Assembly: GCA_051294375.1 (NCBI GenBank)
Contig: CM119263.1
Span: 20,829,661-20,893,660 of the forward strand
Length of the DNA stretch: 64,000 nt
Direction of reading: 5' to 3'
Origin: Paraspadella gotoi
Lineage: Eukaryota > Animalia > Chaetognatha
The notes under the pieces were generated by a model. It had not been told where the DNA came from. It made no database searches and saw only the letters and a program-made list of their open reading frames with translations. The position numbers were made by a program, and so were the translations under genes. Position 1 is the stretch's first letter. Each line of letters begins with the position of its first letter. Below, piece after piece: positions 13,475 through 26,327 of this stretch.

Positions 13475-16400
13475 ACTCATACACCGCATTTGTTTGTTTT
13501 ATTTACGATGAATGATTCATCGCGTCAATGAATGACTATCATCGCATCAATGAATGACTATCATTTCATGGCTTGATCCTTATGCTTTTAAGATTTTTTG
13601 TATATTGTCTTCATTGGTGACTCACCGTCGGCGTTTCCTTGCGCATTTCATGCAGATTGTCTTTGTTAAGGACGAATCTCCAGTTTCCATCGTCGAGTCG
13701 CATCATCGCCAGACCCGTCAATTCCTTCGACCAGGAAGGCACGTCCGCTAACCCCGTGCCGGTCAACTCCAACACCTGGCCCAAGGATTCAATAAAATAC
13801 AAAAAAATACAAAGTTAAAATACCAATTAAAGCTAAGAACTATTGAAAATATTCTAATTCAAATTATTTAACTATATATATTTGCTTCAGGTATACAAAG
13901 TAGTGCCATAAAAAAAAACAAACTACGACCTTATTTTTTTCTGTACCAGACCTTACCTTGACGTTTTTGAAGGCCCTGAGTTTCTCGGGCGGTTGAACCG
14001 TCTTGATCTTGGAGGACATCATCCCCATCTCTTTAACTTTGGAGGCCTCGACTTCGTCGACGTCGGAGTCGATGATCAAAGTGTTGATGCTGTGACCTTC
14101 CGTCCATCTTTAGAAAGGAGAATGATTGTTATGATTCATTAAACGATTAACTGATTGGTCAATTGATTGATTGATTAATTTACTAATGACATGATGATTC
14201 ATTAACTAATTTAATTCATTAATATTGACTGATCGGTATACAAGCAGTATATGTATATAATTTGCCTTTCCCATGTTTCTTTTTTTCCCCGATCATCCAT
14301 TCGGCAAACTTGATTAACTTCCAACCAATGTCGTTTTCCTATTTTCTCGTAACCCGAGGGTTTCATGAGTTTGCGACCAGCTCCAATTTTGTCAGAACAA
14401 CAACGAAAGCAACAAAAACTACAACGACAACGCAGAAAAGACAAAATCGAACGAAGACAACAACAACAACAACAACTGGCCTACAATCCATCCTCCCTTC
14501 CAGCGTGAGGCGCGGGCTCCGGTTGTTTTCGATCATGTCCTCAATTTGATCCTTGGTCACCACGAAGTCCCACACGTCGGTGGAGCGGCGGACCAGCCCG
14601 CCCGAGAGCGGTTTGCCTACCCGAACCGTCCGACCGGGGTTGAAAGTGACCCAGTTGAGTCCGCGAAACTCGGACGCCCAGTCAGGCAGATCGGACAAGC
14701 CCGTCCACGTCAGGTTGAGGCTCTTTACGTTGGCGAAGAGACGGAGGAGGTCGGGCGGGAGGACGGAGATCACGCGGGAGAATTGGAGGTTAATCTCGTG
14801 AACCTGAAAAAAAGATAAATAAATAAATTGTATTAATCCTTTCTTTTTTTGTTTGTTGAGATTAATTAAAAACGAAAATTTTCGTGGAACAACAATAAAG
14901 TTTTTTATTAACTTTGGACATGTTTCGGCTTACAACTCAAGCCTTCATCAGCATTTGAAATCACAAATAATTTATTTCACAAACATTGAGAGAGAGAGAG
15001 AGAGGGAGAGTTCCAACAAAGAACTTAGTAAAGGAAAGTGGTCAGATGTGAGGACAGGTGAAGATGAGGACAGGGATGAAAAGGAGAGTGAATGTGAAAT
15101 TGGTGAAAAGGGAGAGAGAGACACAGAGAGAGAGAAATAATAGTACACATTAGGCAATGTACAACAAAGATAAATAGTATTATAAACTAGACATAACAAA
15201 GATTGAAATAAATTAAATTAGGCTGTTTGTGCATTTTTGAAATAGTGAAATATTGAAAATGAAATGGAAAAGGATAGTTTTTGAGGGATAGTTAAGATAA
15301 AGAGGTAAGAGAAAAATAAGTAAGGAAAAGAGTTCAAAATGAGCTGGTCCCCCCCCAGCCGGGCAAATGAGGGATATTACTGATGAATTCGAGTGGCACT
15401 GGGCATTTTTCCAGGTGGGTCATTACCAGATCCCAGCCTAACTAACTCCACCACAATACTCTCTCAACCTATGACAGGCCTATGAACCGAAATTCATCAG
15501 TAATATCCCTCATTTGCCCGGCTGGGGGGGGGGAACCAGCTCATTTTGAGCTCTTTTCTTTACTTATTTTTCTCTTACCTCTTTATCTTAACTATCCCTC
15601 ACAAACTATCCTTTTCCATTTCATTTTCAATATTTCACTATTTCAAAAATGCACAAACAGCCTAATTTAATTTATTTCAATCTTTGTTATGTCTAGTTTA
15701 TATTGTAATGATTCTTTCTTTTTCGTTGTGTTTATGAATTTAAGGAATAACAGATTTTTTAAAGTTCAACAACGAATTTTTTATTTCATAGGGACATGTT
15801 TCGCCTCTGTGGTTCAGAGTCTTCATCAGCATCTGACCTAATCAACAAATTTTTCTCTTTAATGTCAGTTTTTAGAGAGAGAGAGAGAAGAGAGAGAGAG
15901 AGAAATAAAGAGAGAGATAAAAGAGGGAGATTCCAACAAAGAATTGAGAAAGGACAGTGGTCAGATGTGAGGACAGGTGAAAGTAAGAGGGGGGGGGCCA
16001 GCTCTTTTTTGAGCTCTTTCTTTATCTTTATATTTCACTAACATCTTCACTTAACTATCCCTAACAACTTATTTTCCCTTTCATATTTCATTCTTAATAG
16101 TTAAACTAAGTTATTAATTGATTGTTACTACTAGATTAACATTAAGTTTGTCCATTTTTACTTTGTTGTACATTACCAAATGTAACTATTTTCTCTGCCT
16201 CTTATTCTTCTCTCTCTCTCCCTCAATTTTTCACCTTTCAAAATTTCAACCAATTTATCTTCTTCCTTGCTCTTACTCACCTGTCCTCACATCTGACCAC
16301 TGTCCTTTCTCAATTCTTGTTGGAATCTCCCTCTTTTTATCTCTCTCTCTATTTCTTTCTCTCCTCTCTCTCTCTCTCTCTCTAAAAACTGACATTAAAG

Positions 16401-16716
16401 AGAAAATTGTTGATTAGGTCAGATGCTGATGAAGACTCTCAACCACAGAGTCGAAACATGTCCCTATGAAATAAAAAATTCGTTGTTGAACTTTAAAAAA
16501 TCTGTTATTCCTTAAAGTCTAGTTTATAATATATTTATCTTTGTACATTGCCTAATGTATACTATTATTTCTCTCTCTCTGTGTCTCTCTCTCCCTCTCT
16601 CTCTCCCTTTTCACCAATTTCACATTCACTCTCCTTTTCATCCCTGTCCTCATCTTCACCTGTCCTCACATCTGACCACTTTCCTTTACTAAATTCTTTG
16701 TTGGAACCTCTCCTCT

Positions 16717-16750
<34 letters not shown>

Positions 16751-19700
16751 TCTCAATGTTTGTTGAAAAAATTATTTGTGATTTCAATGCTGATATGAAG
16801 GCTTGAGTGTAAGCCGAAACATGTCCAAAGTTAATAAAAAAAATTTATTGTTCCAAGAAAATTTTCGTTTTTAATTAAGTAAATAAATAAATAAAAAAGA
16901 AATAATAAAAAAAACTTAAATAAATAAAGGAACAAAAAGAGGGCTTATGAAAAAAGGGACAAAAAGGAAAAATTAGCCAAAGAAAGAAAATAAAAAAAAA
17001 ACAAAAAACGTCGATGGCAGAAAAAAAAGGTAAAAGCTAAAAAAAAGAAAAAAGCTAAGGTTAGAAAAAGATGATCGGAATGAAGAATGCAGAGGAGAAA
17101 AGGTTGATGGTGAAATTAAAAAAAAGAAAGAAGTAATGAGGTTTTAACGATTATCTGTCCACGACACGAGTGGAACATGAAACCAAGCGTAAATTTTTTA
17201 GATGCCGACGAAGTATTAATTATTTATAATACGTTCTTTTGTCGTTATTTAAATGAATATGATTTAATCATTATAACTTCCAAATTAATAGATTAATCAA
17301 AGTGAAATGAAATAAGAAAAGGACATCATCAAAGCTAAATTTTATTTTTTTTAATTAGAGATGAAAGGGACACAACTCGCTTTCACCATCTATCCCCTCT
17401 CGAGTTTCACAATCTCACCATCTTCACTTTTCTCCCTCAAAAGATGATCACCGCTTTGTTAGTTCGTGCCGCTAAAGAAGGCAGCCAACGGCCAAAAAGG
17501 CCACCGCCGCAGCCGCCGCAGCCGCCACCGCCGTAGCCGCCACCGCTGCCGCCGCCCAAAAAGACATAACAAAGGCGGAGTGGCGCATAAAAACGTCTGC
17601 CTTGTTGTTTTTACGGACAAATAGCGGAGGAGTCTCGTCACGAAACTGGTCGCGGATCGGTACGATCTTGCTCGAAAAGCATAAAGCGAAAATTGTTACT
17701 ACTGTCGGCGCCGTCGTTTGAAACGTTGACTAAAAGATGGGTCAGTGTCCGCTCTTATAGAGTCAGGTCGGTTCCGTCGGGTGTGTTATTTGGGGTTGTG
17801 GCGGAAAAAAGAGGTTGTGGGGGTAAGGAGAGTGGGATTGCCGTGATGGGTAAGTTTGCGGAGAGCGGAATAAGGTTGAGCCAGAGAGAGAGAGAGAGAG
17901 AGAGAAAAATTGAATGGCAGTAAAAAATTTCGCGGTCGACAGTAAAACGTCCGAGAGGAGGGAGCAGCGGGCAATGTGACCTTTGGCAACGGACCGTGCA
18001 AGATTGCGGACCGGACACTGATGGCGGTGACGTGTGTCTGATTAAATCATGTGTAATATTGTATATTATAATGTAAAAATATCAACATCTGAATAAAAAA
18101 ACTTGACGGTCTGTCTCTCTCTCTCTCTCTCTCTCTGCCATTCCTACATCCTTTCACTAACAAACTTCAAAAAACCTCTTTAAACTCATAAGAAAAAAGA
18201 GGGGACAGCGCCACGACCCATGACCCGACCAGAATATGAGACGGGAAGCCGCTCGACCTATGACCCGAGGTCGGAGATGAGACGAAGGCGGGCGACGCGA
18301 TTACCTTTGATCTGACCTAAAACAAATGACAGGAAATGCAAAAAATCTCAGGCAGACATTTTCGTGACCGAAAAGTTTTTCTCTTTGCGTTGGTCGACGG
18401 ATGACAATTATAATTTATATATGGAGACAAAACTGAAAACATATGAAGATAAAAAAAGTTACAAGCAATTTAGCTCCATAACAACCTTAGTACGAACGCT
18501 GTTCAGTTAGGTCTAAAAAAATGGGAGTTCATCTTCCTCCAACCCAACCCATGGCATAGAGAGATACCCCGGGATCCGATTTTCCGAAACCAATGGCAAC
18601 TGACGGAAAAATCTCTCAGATCGTAATAAGTGTGGAGGTAATCCGAACGATCGGAGAGGCATGTCGACCACTTTTCTCTCAGTAACTTCAGCATTAATTA
18701 AAAAACCAATCATGCCAATCATATCTAATCCACTCTGCTTAGAATATCTTATTCCAAAATAATCAATGTCGTTCCAATTAATGCATCTCGAATAAAACGT
18801 CGTACATTTTTTAAATTTGGCAAAAACCCTAATTCGAAATTTCTTATCGTTACCGATCTTAAATTTTATTTTCTTGAATAAAAAAAAACCAAGAACCTCC
18901 AAAAACTATATAATTTGTCAATTTGTTGCTCTTTTTCTTGCTTTTTCTTTCGAAGAACCGCATATACAAAGTAGTAACCTAAAAATTTATAAATTCATTA
19001 ATATCATGGCATTCAGAAACAACGATCACCAAGGTTTTTAGTTGCGCCACAAGTACTCACTGAGCAACTCTATAAGTCTAGGCGAAAATCTTGTTTAAAA
19101 AATCTTAAAAGTATAGTGATCTCGCCAGACCTTACTATCAAAGAAAATTAATGAAAAAGCACTATAATCTAATTTGCAAGTTAAAAAAATTATGCAAGTT
19201 TAGAAAATTATGCAAGTTTAAAAATTATACAAATTGAAAAAATTATGCAAGTTTAAAATTACATGCAAATTGAAAAAAATTATGCAAGTTAAAAAAAATT
19301 ATGCAAAGTTAAAAAAATTATGTAAGTTGAAAAATTATGCAAGTTTAAAAAATAATGCAAGTTGAAAAAATTATGCAAATTGAAAAAATATATGCAAGTT
19401 AAAAAATTATACAAGTTTAAAAATTATGCAAGTTGAAAAATTATGCAAGTTGAAAAATTATGCAATTTAAAAAAATTATGCAAATTAAAAAAATATGCAA
19501 GTTGAAAAAATTATGCAAGTTAAAAAATTATGCAAGTTGAAAAATTATGCAAGTTAAAAAAATTATACAAGTATTATGCAAGTTGAAAAAATTATGCAAG
19601 TTGAAAAAATATATGCAAGTTGAAAAAATGATGCAAGTTGAAAAAATGATGCAATTTAAGAGGAAAGGTCATTCAGCATAACAATACGTAATCATTGATG

Positions 19701-20969
19701 TGTTAGAGCTAATATGTCGAGAAATACATTATAGTCATCAGTAATCACAAAGAAATAAGTTCTTATTTATTTGTGTTCATTCTGTTTTCAATATTTTTTT
19801 TTTAAATGGGTAAATAACAAAATTGTTAAGTTAAATGGGTAAGCACATTTTTTAAAGATTTGTTTTTTCAATCTGGTTGTTAAAAAATTCTAGTAAGAAG
19901 TTAAAACACGGTATGGGATAGTTTTAGAGGGAGAATTGTTGGTTTTTCCAGTCATGAACAAAATCTTCAGTTAAAATGATGGTAAAGAAATTCGAGCTAC
20001 AATGAATCTACACTGAATTTGAAGAGTTGCAGCCAAAACGACTGCAATAATATTGAATTAAAAATTTGATTAGCAATCTTAAAAACATTTGTAAAAATGT
20101 AATAGAGAGACATTTTGATAAACGCGTTCCAGTTAGAAAGAATTCAGGGTTAAAGTTTAAAAACGTTTGATTTTCAAGGATACAAGTTGAAATTTAAAAA
20201 ATGTCTCTCTATTACATTTTTCTAATTCAGTAATAAAGAATTCATAAAAATATCAGATGGATTGGCCTTTTCGTTTGACCTGCAACTCTTCAGATAGGTT
20301 TCTTTTTATTTTATATTATAATTAAAACCGATATAAAATGGGGTAGAATGTGAAAGTGAATACATTTCGGAATCGCCAGGAGCTCAGCTTTTCTGAATTT
20401 GTACTCCATTTTAGCCTATTTTGAAGTTGAATTGAATGACCTTTTTCTTAAAAAATTATGCAAATTAAAAAATTATGCAATGTTAAAAAAATTATACAAG
20501 TTGAAAAAAATTATGCAAGTTGAAAAATTATGCAAGTTGAACAAATTATACAATTTAAAAAATTATGCAAATTAAAAAAATTATGCAAGTTGAAAAAATT
20601 ATGCAAGATGAAAAAATTATATAAGTTTGAAAAAATTATACAAATTTAAAAAATTATGCAAGTTAAAAAAAGTATGTAAGTTGAAAAAAGTATGCAGGTT
20701 GGCAATATAAAAAGTGTGATGCGACGGACGACAACAATAACGACGACGACGACGACGACGACTACGTCACAAATAAGAATCAGAAGCAGCAGCGACGGAG
20801 AAAAAGAGAGAGAGAGAGCGACATATAATTAAAGAGAGAGAGAGAAGCTGAACTCGTCCGGTTGCCTCGGAGGTAGCGCGAGCTCCCCCCAATCTAAAGA
20901 CTCGGGTTCGCGGCCCTGCTAATTCACAAAAGAAAAGCAAAAAAAAAACTGAATAAAAAATTGTTTTGT

Positions 20970-21020
<51 letters not shown>

Positions 21021-24000
21021 AGAGTGAGAAAGAGAGAGAGAGAGAGTTTTCCCACCAACGAGACGCATTATTAGGTCACTCTCGTTTATTTTCGGTTTTC
21101 CGTGCCTCGCAACGGCGGCTGAAATTGGTTCATGTTGATTTATCACGTAACGTTTCCGTTGCCATTAGGTCATATTCCTCGACATTGTTTACATTGTTTA
21201 CATTGTTTTAACCACGAAATCTAGGTCAAGTAAGTTATTGTATTTTGGGATTTTGTATTGAGATAAAAATAATAAATGGCGATAAAAAAGTTTTAAAAGG
21301 AAAAAAAATAATCAGAATTTTTAAAAAATGAACGATCCACGCAAGAGATTCATACAGAGAGAGACAGACACACACAGAGAGAGAGACAGAGAGAGACAGA
21401 GAGAGAAAAGGCACACAGAGAAGACCAGATGAGAGAGGACACACAGAGGAGAGACCGCAAAACAAATTAATTTTTAGAACCGTGATAGAAATAAAATTGT
21501 GTTAGTATATGTGATTAATAACATAAACAATAACTTCTATTTTTTTTTAAATTGAAATAAGAGCTTAGAAGCGCTATAGAAAAAGAAGCCAGTGACTTTT
21601 TTTCTATATTTCTATATCGATAGAGTTGTGGAATTGACGGGGAATATTGTAAATCACAAGTTTTCGCTTAATCGGACCTCACATTGTGGAGAAATCTTAG
21701 GGAAACCCATCAAAATTCACCCCTTTTTTTTCAACATTCTCGCCTTTTTATAGATTTTCGCCGATTCTGACTTCCTCTTACAAACTTATAAATTCCGCTA
21801 GTTAATTTTTTTCTTAAAAAAGAAGGCGAAGGGAATCCATACTTTCTGTTATTTTATGATTTCTGGGTAAAAAAATATAGATGAATTACATTATTATTGG
21901 GATATTAAGAAAGTAAAATGTCTTGTGAAGCCTGTGAGAGTTAAATAATTAAAAGATTCGCCTATTTTTATTATGAAAAATGACATTAAGTGAAGTAGTT
22001 GAACCGTCTTCCAGCGTCATTTCACTAAACATTCACTGTTCTCTAACAAAAATAATGTTACTTTTTGCTGGTGGAAAAGAAAGATAAATAGTTAGGCTGT
22101 GATGGGGTGAATAATATTTTGTAGAATTTTGTGAAGCATGCTTGTAATATCAGGCAAGCAAAGTATTTAGTGAAAAAAAAAATTATATTTCCTTTATCCA
22201 AAAAACTTTAAAGTTTTACTATAGTACAATTTAGCCTTTTTTCTTTCAGAATCACTAAAAAGAATTTAATTTTCATTTTATTTTATGGGTTTCATTAGTT
22301 TTTAAAATTCATTATAATTTTGACTTAGTTTGACACTCACCCTGTAAAGAGGTTTCAGCAAAAAATAATTCTAGATATTGTAACTTGTATGTGCCCAATG
22401 ATTATGGCTTCATTTTGTACTATTGCCATCCCTGCTATCTTTGTTTCCTTCAAGAGATATCAGGAAAACATCAGTTTTTTTTCGTCTCAACCTTCCTTTT
22501 AATTCCTTATTAAATAAAAATTTTCATGTTGTCAAACCAGACCATTGGACTTTACAATGCGTTGGTTTACTATGAAGAGTTTGGTCAATATGAAAAAGAA
22601 AAATTTGGCAAGCTGCTTGAGACAAAGAGGCCTTTCTAATCTCAAATTCGAAGTTAATATTTTATAATGTTAACATACCCTAGCNNNNNNNNNNNNNNNN
22701 NNNNNNNNNNNNNNNNNNNNNNNNNNNNNNNNNNNNNNNNNNNNNNNNNNNNNNNNNNNNNNNNNNNNNNNNNNNNNNNNNNNNTTTCTTTTTTTCCTCT
22801 ACTTTTGTCTTCGAGTCTTCGAGTTAAGGACGGAGTTGAAACGGACCACGAAGGCGACAGGAAACCTTACCCTCGTTACGATCTTGACCATACCCAATTC
22901 ATTCGTCGAATCGGGTGATTAAATGCTGCTTACTGCTCAACGATCATAAATTGCGATTTATGATGCATCGAAGCGGTTGCCTAACAAATTAATTTACTAC
23001 AAATTAATGTAGTGCATTGTACAACAAAAAATTATGTATTACAAGCCTGTTTGAGAATAAAAAAAATTGAATTTTCCCCCTTAGAAAACTGAGTAAATTT
23101 CGGTTCCATTGTTACATTATTTTCTTGAGAGTCAGATTGTATATAAAATAATTATATAACAATGTAGTCTCAAAGGTTAAATAAATAAATAAATAAATAT
23201 ATATTATATATAAATTGAAGAGACAGTAATTATCGTTATATGTTAGTGACAGAACCGTTCAATATAAGCAGTCCCTGAGCTTCGGATCAGGCTGTAACAC
23301 CGAGTTACAGGCGGGTTAAGCGCCCCGTCCCCCTTAACTGCAAGGCGGCCACCAGGCTAGAACCTCTGCTGCATTTTCTAATAAAGAATTGATATAATTT
23401 TTGCTACTTTTAATAAAAAAAATTATGTCCATTTTTGTCCATTTTGACTTTTGTCTTGAGATTTGAACGTCAAGATCATTGAAGAAAATTTTTTTACTCT
23501 GGATTTTGGGTACTTCTTATCTTCTTTACCACTGAGTCGGTTAATTTGCCATTGGTAATCCATTGTTTGCCTATGAATTCATTTTTAAATTGACTAGTCA
23601 AAAATTTACATTTTTACATTTCATTACAATTTGTTCTACGAAAATACTTCAAAATATCCACAAATCTAATAAAATATTTCATTTCAACGGTGCTTCTGGT
23701 ACCTAAAAAATTAGGGCAAAAAATTTAATAGTTTTGCAGCAATTAAATTTTTAAGTCAACTTTTAATTTGTAAAGGATTTGTGAGGTGCCTTTTATTTGA
23801 ACTAAAACTGGGTTTTTGACTGATTTTATAATTTTAATAGATGAGAAATATAGTAAGGTTAAAAAAAAACCGCATTCTTTTAATGTAATGGAAAGCATCA
23901 GTAATTTTTTTCCTCTCAATCGACAGGTTTTTGCGGAAAAAATTTTCGCAAAAATCTCGATTTTTTAAATCTGCTAGGCAACCAAACTTTGAATAAAATC

Positions 24001-25759
24001 ATACGATACTTAATAATTTTTTCTTACAATACATTTTAAATATTTTTATACATCCAGTATGATATAAATGGAAAAAATGAATGAAAATGAGAAAAAGATA
24101 AGAGAAGAGAGAGCATGGGGAAAAAAAGAGAGAAAGAGTGGAAAGAAATTAATATAGAGAAGGGGGAGAACGAAAACAATTAAGAGAAAAAAAAAGATAA
24201 GAAAGAGGGAAGAAAGGGAATCAGAGAGGGAGAGAAAAGCAGAGATAGAGAGGAAGAGAAATAAAGGTAAAGGAAGAAAAGAAGGGATGACACAGAAAAA
24301 TATGAGGACAGAAAAGTCGGAGATAGGGAGAGAAAGAGAGAAAGAGAGAAAAAGAGAGGGACAGTGAGAAGGTTCAAGAGAGAAAAAAATAGTGAAAAAA
24401 ATGGAAAAAAGTTTTAAAATATAGCGAGCCGTTTTTGTTTTTTTTTGCCTAAGCTGTAGTATATCTAAAAAACGCGATAGATCTGACGAGCAATTTAATC
24501 TTTAAAAGTTGTCCTTACCATGAAAAATCGTTTTAGTTTCATCTTAATTAGGGTAGATACCTTAATTAGAATGATTAAGCCTTAATTTCTTTTACCTTAA
24601 TTTAAGGTAAAAGAAATTATGTCTTACCATATTTTGAAAGCATAGAAATTCACCCAGTGAGTTCGATGTTATAAGGAGAAAATAACTATAGCCAACCGTT
24701 TTTTAAAATAAAGCATGTTTTATATTAATCAGTGGAAACAAAAGAAATAATAGCTATATAAGCCGAATATAAATCACTGACATATATGCTCCCTCTATTT
24801 CCAGAAGACAACACTGACTTCCCCTTCCCAAAATGAGTTATTAGATATAATGATAAGTAAAAAATTTTTAAGAAAGCGATACATTGTAGTGGTAGTATTT
24901 CATACCCCACTACTCGTCCGAGAATCCGCAGCACCTATGCCATAGGCTATGGCGCCGGAGGTAGCACGAGCTCCTCCCAACCCAAAGGACTCGGGTTCGC
25001 GCCCTGCTGATTCACACAAGTAAAAGCGGGACGGGGCGTCTAACCCACCTGTAGTGTCGGACTACAGTCCGATCCGAAGTTCGGGACTTTGTGTGCAACG
25101 GACGGTAAACTGCTCGCGGCATCGTTTTCCACAACATATATATATAAATATAGATTAAAAAGTAAATCCTTCATAAAACATAAAAATAAAAAATAGTGAA
25201 ACAAGTAATTTGAAAATTTTCATATAAATAAATAAATTAATTAATTAATTAATTAATTTTTTTCCTCGAGATGTAATCCGATAAACCAAACCATAGACCG
25301 TGACTCATTCATTCACTCGTTTAACCCGGAAGGCAGTCGATCGAAGAAAAGAGGTTAAGCCTCGCGGGTGAAGCGGCTGGGGTCGGGGAGCTAAACCCGC
25401 CCTTTGACATCTTGTCGCCCCTCGCTCTCTCTCTCCCTTCTCTCTCCAGATAGAGAAGGATTCATTTTCTCTCGTAATAACTGACCGCGGCTTTCCAACT
25501 TGCACAGATAATTTCTCGATTTAACGGTTATTTCTTATATTAAGGGAGAAATTTTAGTTAAGACGAACATTGAAGTATACTTTTTTCCCTGACGATACTC
25601 CCGTTTCCTTCTCTCTCATCTTCTCACTCTCCATCTCACTATCAATATCTTACCTTTTTTCCTCTCCGCTCACGAAGGTCGATAAATTCTGATCTCACCT
25701 CCGCGCGATGAAAAAATTCTTCACTTTACAAGAACAAAATTTGCATTTCTTCCCCCCCC

Positions 25760-25841
<82 letters not shown>

Positions 25842-26327
25842 TCTCTCCTCACCTCCTCGATCTTGACCTTCCCCGTCCACTTGTTGGTTCCAAAGGGGCA
25901 GCAGCTCAAGTCGACAAGCCCCTTCTTTCTCTCCAGCATTTCCTTCAATATTTTTTTCGAGAGGACGAATCCCCACCTGTCGTTTCCGATCGGCTTAAGC
26001 CCTTCGTCCGGCCTGAGTTTCAGCCGATCGACGACGACCGGCGACTTTTCCCTGAACAGGGGGAAGGAATAATAAATATTAACATTTAAAAAAAATTAAC
26101 TAAATTAAAAATGAACAAATATTAAAAATTCTAAAAGCTCGCCTAAGAGTCACGTCCCCGACGTCGATGGCCGAGAGAGCGACGCGATTGGTCGAGGCGG
26201 CTGCGGGGGATTTCTGCGTGACTCTCCGATTGGTCGATGTTGTGGGTGTTTTTTTCGGCGGCGTCTTCCGCCTCGCCGCCGCCGACGCCGCAGCCGCCGC
26301 TGTCGACTTTGTTTGTTTGCTCGCCAT
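9585..26327 (-). CDS. Spliced gene for a ~548-aa protein with four ~100-aa LRR-like super-repeats. Exons 26327-26143, 26051-25853, 14803-14481, 14107-13957, 13775-13626, 10808-10681, 10433-10318, 10177-9984, 9785-9585
   Basis: GC-rich exons with AG acceptors and GT donors (two GC donors) join in frame to 1647 nt ending in TGA. Recurrent motif LRLFANVKSLNLTWTGLSDLPDW / LRAFKNVKVLELTGTGLADVPSW / LKLFANVEMVNLEGSGVKNIPHW / SRIFVNMKMIDLTGSRFRAKPDW. The exon 1 donor and any further exons in the 11-kb intron are uncertain. Confidence 0.8.
10451..10664 (+). mobile_element. Family D LTR-like insertion in intron 10434-10680
   Basis: Similar to the 52904-53137 insertion (P3 CAGTGAC/GTCACTG; tail GTGAGAT...CAGGC...GTTGCC). 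Boundaries are approximate and no clean TSD was found. Confidence 0.6.
10511..10591 (+). ncRNA. Twister-ribozyme motif (type P5), family D
   Basis: GTTGGC-AAA-GCAA-GACCG-TCCTAGGG-TAA-CCGC-GC-[CAGTGAC/GTCACTG]-AGGG-TCGGAAGC-CCCC-AAA-GCCAAC. T1 = CGG/CCG, P5 = GTTGGC/GCCAAC, P2 only partly paired. Confidence 0.75.
14912..14957 (-). ncRNA. Minimal type I hammerhead ribozyme
   Basis: Minus strand CTGATGA-AGGCTTG agttg TAAGCC-GAAAC-ATGTC. Confidence 0.8.
15791..15835 (-). ncRNA. Minimal type I hammerhead ribozyme
   Basis: Minus strand CTGATGA-AGACTCT gaaccac AGAGGC-GAAAC-ATGTC. Confidence 0.75.
16420..16466 (+). ncRNA. Minimal type I hammerhead ribozyme
   Basis: CTGATGA-AGACTCT caaccac AGAGTC-GAAAC-ATGTC. 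Confidence 0.8.
16785..16830 (+). ncRNA. Hammerhead motif with 2-nt insertion in the core
   Basis: CTGATATGA-AGGCTTG...TAAGCC-GAAAC-ATGTC. Confidence 0.6.
19172..19655. repeat. 17-19-bp minisatellite (AAGTTGAAAAAATTATGC)n
   Basis: Tandem array. Related arrays at ~20450-20700, 36790-36930, 37280-37355, 49700-49780 and 53575-53650. Confidence 0.9.
20852..20930 (+). mobile_element. Family B LTR fragment (tRNA-like head)
   Basis: CGGAGGTAGCGCGAGCTCCCCCCAA...CTCGGGTTCGCGGCCCTGCTAATTCAC matches 24956-25015. Confidence 0.7.
22685..22784. other. Assembly gap (100 N)
   Basis: Run of N. Confidence 1.
23216..23365 (-). mobile_element. Family A LTR 3' fragment including an intact twister motif
   Basis: TGAAGAGACAG...GCAGTCCCTGAGCTTCGGATCAGG...GGCGGGTTAAGCGCCCCGTCCCCCTTAACTGC. 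Confidence 0.85.
23366..24712. repeat. Dispersed repeat, with an inverted interrupted copy at ~32330-32890 plus ~35645-36312
   Basis: Long reverse-complement matches, e.g. GGTACTTCTTATCTTCTTTACC vs GGTAAAGAAGATAAGAAGTACC, and AACTATAGCCAACCG vs CGGTTGGCTATAGTT. Confidence 0.8.
24885..25133 (+). mobile_element. Solo LTR, family B (tRNA-like head plus twister motif)
   Basis: TGTAGT...CCACA termini, TSD ACAT (24881-24884, 25134-25137), A-box-like TGGCGCCGGAGG and B-box-like GGTTCGCGCCC. Confidence 0.85.
25015..25092 (+). ncRNA. Twister-ribozyme motif (type P5), family B
   Basis: GCGG-GACGG-GGCGTC-TAA-CCC-AC-[CTGTAG/CTACAG]-TCCGA-TCCGAAGT-TCGGG. T2 covaries to AC/GT. Confidence 0.75.

Larger units (their letters stand above)
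14830..16880. mobile_element. Inverted pair of Penelope-like pLTRs with a second inverted pLTR element nested inside (15703-16516)
   Basis: 14860-15395 is the reverse complement of 15486-15702 plus 16517-16878. The nested insert is flanked by a GTCTAGTTTATA duplication (15691-15702, 16517-16528). Confidence 0.85.

Noticed and set aside
17440-18040. GC-rich intronic block as extra exons or a separate gene
   Set aside because: No convincing splice-bounded frame or recognisable motif; the gene model closes without it.
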